Part shown: positions 26,283 through 32,000 of the stretch, one piece after another | How the letters are laid out: every line of letters starts with the position of its first letter | How positions within the stretch are numbered: the stretch's first letter is position 1 | NCBI GenBank assembly: GCA_030606485.1 | Contig: JAUWGH010000004.1 | Span: forward strand, 419,003-451,002 | Reading direction: 5' to 3' | Source: Promethearchaeota archaeon | Lineage (GTDB): Archaea; Asgardarchaeota; Lokiarchaeia; Sigyniarchaeales; SOKP01 | Length of the DNA: 32,000 nucleotides | Notes under the pieces: model-generated | Told to the model about the DNA's origin: nothing | What the model saw: the letters and a program-made list of their open reading frames with translations, nothing else | Database searches by the model: none | Program-made: the position numbers and the translations under genes

Positions 26283-27875
26283 ATGGAAAAAATCATACCA
26301 TTTATGATCGGAGATGTAAAATATGTCCCCTCTCAAACTAGGAGAACATTTATTGAAGAAATAGCCTTGTCATTATGTGTATTATTCGAAGAAAATGGTA
26401 GTATTATTAAAAAATGGGGCACAATTGAAACAATTTCCTTATGTTTTTGGCCAGTTAGATTAATTCCTTTAAATGAAAATCGTGCTTGTGTTAATAGTTA
26501 TCTATTTCATAATGCTCCTAAAATTCTAGTAGGTCCTTTTAAAAAAATACCACTAAATCCTGAAGCAGTTATTAAGGCTTCCGATTCTGAATCTTTTATT
26601 AATTCTTTAATCTCCTATAATTCAAAATATCTTTCTAATAAGGCAAATTTTTCACGTAAAACAATTATTCAAGAAGCCTTATTTGGTATTGATGAAATCA
26701 ATTTTTTTAAACCCTTTTTCTCTAATACCTATAGTTTAAAGACATTTGAAGCGAAACATTTTATTCTGTATGGAGATCCCATAACCAAAAGTGTCGATCA
26801 AATCAATATTCGTAAAGAAATTTATGATTTTATAAATTTTACAGATATTAATATGTTAGATCAATATAATGATAAAATCAATAAATTATGTGATAAATGG
26901 ATTGAAAAAACTTCAAAGGATGTTGATAATTATAAAATTAAAACAATAGATCACCAAAAGGAAGAGGAACAGTTAGAAAGATTAAATAAAGACTTAAGGG
27001 AAGAAAAAGAGAGAGGCTTGCATGATTCTGATGAAGAGTTATTGAATTCAGGAAAATTTAAGATTAATGATATTTCATCTGTTATTATTAATGAAATTGA
27101 ATCATTAAAAAAAGAAATATTAAAACTTGGCCAATCAACAAAAGAAAAAAATTTACCTCTAATTAATGATAACATTAAAAACTCATATAGAGAGTGTAAA
27201 ATGGTTGAAAATTCCATAAAACAATTCGATAATGAAATAACTGCATTAAAAAGAAATTTATTAAAAGAAAGAAATAATATTCAAAAAAATCATAACTCAA
27301 AAATTTCTAGTTTAGAATCCAATATTAATTCAATAAAAACAAAAATGGACTCTGATGAGAAAGATTATAATAAAGAATTTGTAGATCTTCAAAATATATT
27401 AAAACAAATTCAAAAACAAAAACAAAAAGTTAATAATAATTTTTTAATCATTAAAGAAATGGAGTTGGATAAAGTACAAAAATTTTTGCATGAATATACT
27501 CTAGAGATCAAAACAGATAATGTGATTGTTGGAATACCAATCTTTATTTTCAATTTTCGAAGTCCTAAGGCGGATAAAGTAAATAAATACATGCCTGTAT
27601 TACCTATATTAATTAGTGAAGGGAAAAAAAAGGGGAATGTTGCAAATGTAAAATCCAAAATAAAAACAATTTTTACAGATCGGTTCATTAAAATATTTAA
27701 TAAATATAAAGCAATGAAAGATTTGATCTCTGTAGAAAGTAAAAAGAATAATATATTAGAAATTAAAAATTTAACATCTTTATTATTAGAATCAATAGAT
27801 GAATTAAGAATGAAGGAGATAATCTCAAAAAAGATTTCAATAAATGTAAAAGATCTAATTGAATTATTAATATAA
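26283..27875 (+). CDS. Hypothetical protein with long central coiled coil (530 aa)
   Basis: Globular N-terminus (ISLCFWPVRLIP), E/K/N-rich heptads from about aa 200 to 400, beta-rich C-terminal part. Confidence 0.7.
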   Translation: MEKIIPFMIGDVKYVPSQTRRTFIEEIALSLCVLFEENGSIIKKWGTIETISLCFWPVRLIPLNENRACVNSYLFHNAPKILVGPFKKIPLNPEAVIKASDSESFINSLISYNSKYLSNKANFSRKTIIQEALFGIDEINFFKPFFSNTYSLKTFEAKHFILYGDPITKSVDQINIRKEIYDFINFTDINMLDQYNDKINKLCDKWIEKTSKDVDNYKIKTIDHQKEEEQLERLNKDLREEKERGLHDSDEELLNSGKFKINDISSVIINEIESLKKEILKLGQSTKEKNLPLINDNIKNSYRECKMVENSIKQFDNEITALKRNLLKERNNIQKNHNSKISSLESNINSIKTKMDSDEKDYNKEFVDLQNILKQIQKQKQKVNNNFLIIKEMELDKVQKFLHEYTLEIKTDNVIVGIPIFIFNFRSPKADKVNKYMPVLPILISEGKKKGNVANVKSKIKTIFTDRFIKIFNKYKAMKDLISVESKKNNILEIKNLTSLLLESIDELRMKEIISKKISINVKDLIELLI

Positions 27876-27944
27876 CATATTCAAAAAAATATTTAACTAA
27901 TCATTAATTCTTTCATTTAATTAAATTGATAGATAGCACTAATT

Positions 27945-28121
27945 ATGGGTCTGTATAGTAAGGTTAAAGGGAATTTATCTGAAAACTTTTCTATTTTTCA
28001 ATTAATGTCTTTATTAGAGATGGATGAATCAGATATAAGAGAGTGTAGGAACATTTTAAAACAATGGTATCTGTTAGGATATATAAAAAGAATCTCTAAA
28101 AATATGTATCTGAAATTATAA
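27945..28121 (+). CDS. Small winged-helix-like protein (58 aa), below the ORF-track cutoff
   Basis: MGLYSKVKGNLSENFSIFQLMSLLEMDESDIRECRNILKQWYLLGYIKRISKNMYLKL; helix-turn-helix followed by a G-Y-I-x-R wing. Confidence 0.7.
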   Translation: MGLYSKVKGNLSENFSIFQLMSLLEMDESDIRECRNILKQWYLLGYIKRISKNMYLKL

Positions 28122-28180
28122 TAATCTTAAAATCATTATTCTTAATTAAAACTATTCTTTTTTTCCATTTAAAAAATTAA

Positions 28181-28759
28181 TTAATTGATTTGAATACTTA
28201 TTTGCGGAAAAATGAAATTAAGCATGTTTTTAAAAGAGTCAAAAATTCCAATACCATCTGTTGCAATAGTAGTAATAATATCAACTTTTTCAAAAAGAGT
28301 GTAATTAATCTCATTTAAAAATTCTAATTTCTCTATTTTATTATCCAAATCCCATTTATTTAAACAAATTATAATAGGTATCTCATAAAGTTTGTTTGAG
28401 AAAAAGGTATATAATTCATTCCAAGACCTCAAATTCTGTTTTATACATGTATTTTGTGAATCTACAATAAAAATTATTCCATCAACTCCCATTAATGTTG
28501 CTGGTCGTGTACTTGCATAAAAATCTTGTCCAGTAGCTGAATATATTAAAAATTTAATATTCCACTCATAACCTTGAAAATTTAATACTCCAAAATCGAA
28601 AAATAATGTTCTTCCAGTCGTGCTTTCTATTGATTTTAATGTCTCTTGTTTTCCAAAATACTTAAATAAGCTTTTTAATGATGTAGTTTTTCCTGACATT
28701 GCAGGGCCATAGTATACAATTTTAATTTGAATTGTTTTATTACTATAATCAAATAGCAA
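28181..28759 (-). CDS. Small GTPase, MglA-like
   Basis: IKIVYYGPAMSGKTT, GRTLFFDFG, YSATGQ, DGIIFIVDS, NKWD, TIA. Confidence 0.88.
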   Translation of the reverse strand: MLFDYSNKTIQIKIVYYGPAMSGKTTSLKSLFKYFGKQETLKSIESTTGRTLFFDFGVLNFQGYEWNIKFLIYSATGQDFYASTRPATLMGVDGIIFIVDSQNTCIKQNLRSWNELYTFFSNKLYEIPIIICLNKWDLDNKIEKLEFLNEINYTLFEKVDIITTIATDGIGIFDSFKNMLNFIFPQISIQIN

Positions 28760-28763
28760 AATA

Positions 28764-29579
28764 TTACCCCCATAAAGATTCTAAATGATCTCCAATTTTT
28801 ACATGTTTCCCATTTTTTAATAATGGATCGAATCCTTCACCCCATTCATAATATATAAATGAAAGTATTCTCTCTATTGGCGCCCTTTGATAATCTATTG
28901 TATTTAAAAGGATCTTTCCGCTAATTGTTGCCTCTAAACCTAAAGTTGATAGCAAATTTAAACGATTTAAGATGAAAAAAGCTCTTTTTGATGCAGAAAA
29001 GAAATTTTGGATCTCTCTTTTAAAAATATTTTTTTGGATCTCTTCTTTTTCTATAGAAAAGTCTAAAAGGCTAATTAATGTTCTATCATCAATATTTGTT
29101 GTGTTTGTTTTTTGGGATAAAATCCTTTTCATTCTTATTATAGAATTTTCAGTATCTTGTGAACTTTTTCTAAGAATTCTTCTTTCTAATTTTAAATTAA
29201 TATCACTTGAATTATCACCTGTCAACTCTACTGATATCGAGTTATTTGTGAATATAATAGAAACAAATAAAAAATATTTCTTACGCATCAACTGTTTTAT
29301 CAATTTAATTTTCTGTTGATTTTTAATTTGGATCTCTATTCCAATTACCCAAGATTTAAAATTTTTAATATTGTTTAAAGCTTTTAAAGCAACACTTGAA
29401 GGGCATCTAATAATAATTCTTTGAGAATTATAATCAATTTCCTCATTTTTACATAGGTTTTGATATTCAATTTCCGATACAAAATCAGTATAATAGATTA
29501 ATTCTTTTCTAAAATGCATTAGATCACATAATTCTGCCGAAAAATTATCAACATCAATTTCATTTTCTCCAAATATCAT
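28764..29579 (-). CDS. Hypothetical protein in the roadblock-GTPase operon
   Basis: 271-aa ORF ending 4 nt before the GTPase start; no motif recognised. Confidence 0.65.
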   Translation of the reverse strand: MIFGENEIDVDNFSAELCDLMHFRKELIYYTDFVSEIEYQNLCKNEEIDYNSQRIIIRCPSSVALKALNNIKNFKSWVIGIEIQIKNQQKIKLIKQLMRKKYFLFVSIIFTNNSISVELTGDNSSDINLKLERRILRKSSQDTENSIIRMKRILSQKTNTTNIDDRTLISLLDFSIEKEEIQKNIFKREIQNFFSASKRAFFILNRLNLLSTLGLEATISGKILLNTIDYQRAPIERILSFIYYEWGEGFDPLLKNGKHVKIGDHLESLWG

Positions 29580-29686
29580 TATCGGTATTCTATTAAGAAG
29601 GCAATATAAGATAAGGGATAATTTTTTTTCACCTATCTTATCTGTTGAATGTATAATTTGCAGGATTCTATTCCCTCCTTGATTAT

Positions 29687-30721
29687 TTATTTTATAATTA
29701 ATTCTCCTAACAGCTTTTTAATGTCAAAATATTTTTTGTAATCTTCGATCACTAATGCTTTTTTAATTACTTGGTTTAATTTATTTGCATACTGAGGTAT
29801 TATCAACCTAAGCAGACCTAATTTATATTTTCCTTTATCAATGAGAGAGCTAAAAATTCCTTTATCAAGACCATAAATAAATTGAAAATTGGTCTCACAA
29901 TCTAAAAGAATTGTTTTAATTTGCATTTTTTTTAACAACCAAGCGCATCTATTCGAAGTTTGAAATAATGAGAAACTCATAGCTGCAATTGTTTCAAGTG
30001 GATTATACCAAAAAATTTCTTTTTTTATAATTTTTGAAGCGATAAAACCTCCTTCCAGCGTAACAAAAGAACATTTTAAATCAGGTATTGTAAAAGAAAA
30101 AGTTTTTAAAATTTCATCTAATTGATAAGAATCCTTTTCAGAAAACCCTAATGAATAAGCTGATAATTTAAAGTCTCTTGAAAAATCTTCTTTTACATCG
30201 AATTCTTCCATCATTTTCTTTATTTGTTCGTCATTAAACTCAATTAAAGGTGGTTTGAAAGATTCACCTGATGTAATCAATGTTCTCTTAATTTTCATAA
30301 GACTATCTCCTGTTTGTAAAAATATGCTTCCAAGATTAACTGTTGGAAGTGTAGTAATTGCTATGAAAAACTCATTATCATTTTCAAAAATACCTTGTTC
30401 TTCTAAAATTTTATTTAGTGGAGAATCATATGAGTTTTTAAGTGGGGCGATTAAAATTTTTGCCTTTTTACCCTCAATTAATATATATTTTAGTTCTTTT
30501 GGATGTAAATGAATACCGATATTATAAATTGCACTTGTGGCTGCAGAAACGCTAAAAATTTCATCTTTTGAAAACCAAACCCCACTTGATTGAATGGGAT
30601 TACCGTCCCTCTGAGTTAAGACAACATTTTCTACTCCTTTTAGATTTTTAATTTGATCTAAATGTTTTCCTATTCTTTCTCTAATTATCATTAAATAACC
30701 TAAAAATTGGAATTTAACCAT
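29687..30721 (-). CDS. Tandem roadblock/LC7 (MglB-like) domain protein
   Basis: Domain 1: GVENVVLTQRDGNPI..SAATSAI..LIEGKKAKILIAPL; domain 2: LKCSFVTLEGGFIAS..IAAMSFSL..ILLDCE..KLGLLRLII. Confidence 0.8.
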   Translation of the reverse strand: MVKFQFLGYLMIIRERIGKHLDQIKNLKGVENVVLTQRDGNPIQSSGVWFSKDEIFSVSAATSAIYNIGIHLHPKELKYILIEGKKAKILIAPLKNSYDSPLNKILEEQGIFENDNEFFIAITTLPTVNLGSIFLQTGDSLMKIKRTLITSGESFKPPLIEFNDEQIKKMMEEFDVKEDFSRDFKLSAYSLGFSEKDSYQLDEILKTFSFTIPDLKCSFVTLEGGFIASKIIKKEIFWYNPLETIAAMSFSLFQTSNRCAWLLKKMQIKTILLDCETNFQFIYGLDKGIFSSLIDKGKYKLGLLRLIIPQYANKLNQVIKKALVIEDYKKYFDIKKLLGELIIK

Positions 30722-30808
30722 TTTTTTAAAAATAGATTTTTAAACTCCATTATTTTTAAAACTGGTAATTTTTGGTTCCAAATCATAAAAAAAATTTACC
30801 ACTAAATG

Positions 30809-30830
30809 CAAAAATTTAAAATATATAAAT
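30809..30830 (+). promoter_or_regulatory. Putative BRE/TATA of the 16S rRNA promoter
   Basis: CAAAAATTTAAAATATATAAAT about 210 nt upstream of the 16S 5' end, before a GC-richer leader. Confidence 0.4.
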
Positions 30831-31037
30831 TGATTATTAATAATGTATTTAAATCGTAAATCAATCGGCGTGAGCTCGGATAACGGTATAACTTCCAAAA
30901 AATGATGAGTTCCTTTCAAATTACGATAAAAAAAATGTGGTTTTAATTAAAATTAAAACTGAAAAAAGTATAATTAAAAAAAATAAAAACATCTGCCAAA
31001 TAATTTAAGAAAGTCTTAAAAACCGATTCCAATTAAT

Positions 31038-32000
<963 letters not shown>

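Noticed and set aside
1400-30512. Short opposite-strand or nested ORFs (1400-1585, 3040-3372, 4689-5015, 5250-5462, 7822-8121, 8182-8457, 8742-9011, 8900-9160, 12853-13080, 14699-14938, 16846-17133, 18418-18660, 22790-23014, 26951-27217, 27410-27688, 28972-29319, 30255-30512)
   Set aside because: All overlap better-supported genes and show F/L/I/S-rich shadow composition with no motifs

Overview
A very AT-rich archaeal chromosome segment, most likely from an Asgard archaeon (Lokiarchaeia/Promethearchaeota-like). This rests on the archaeal 16S 5' end (ATTCCGGTTGATCCTGCCGG), class I LysRS, uL3/uL4/uL23, eS17, TFB, Cdc6, and the MglA-like GTPase, roadblock and V4R repertoire. The left half is mostly housekeeping: a surface protein with internal repeats, ABCE1/Rli1, LysRS, signal peptidase, rpl3-rpl4-rpl23, a divergent TFB, an MtaB-type methylthiotransferase, tRNA-Glu(CUC) with a D-loop intron, eS17, a PRC-barrel protein and Cdc6 with a coupled wHTH gene. 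The right half carries a Tad/type IV-like pilus locus (A24 peptidase, Flp-like pilin, ATPase, platform protein, minor pilin-like gene), two MglA-like GTPases, a tandem roadblock protein and the 5' part of a 16S rRNA gene. Reading the DNA directly reveals several elements absent from the ORF track: (1) a canonical box C/D guide sRNA (25900-25967, minus) whose D guide predicts 2'-O-methylation of LSU helix 69 A1913, the site eukaryotes modify via snR63/SNORD46; (2) the SRP (7S) RNA, overlapping a gene end in antisense; (3) a decayed tnpB 3' end with omegaRNA-like hairpins; (4) a 58-aa winged-helix ORF; (5) probable homopolymer frameshifts in two pilus genes; (6) a C/D-box-containing, possibly U3-like, pre-16S leader. 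All calls come from manual reading and motif recognition; no database searches were run.
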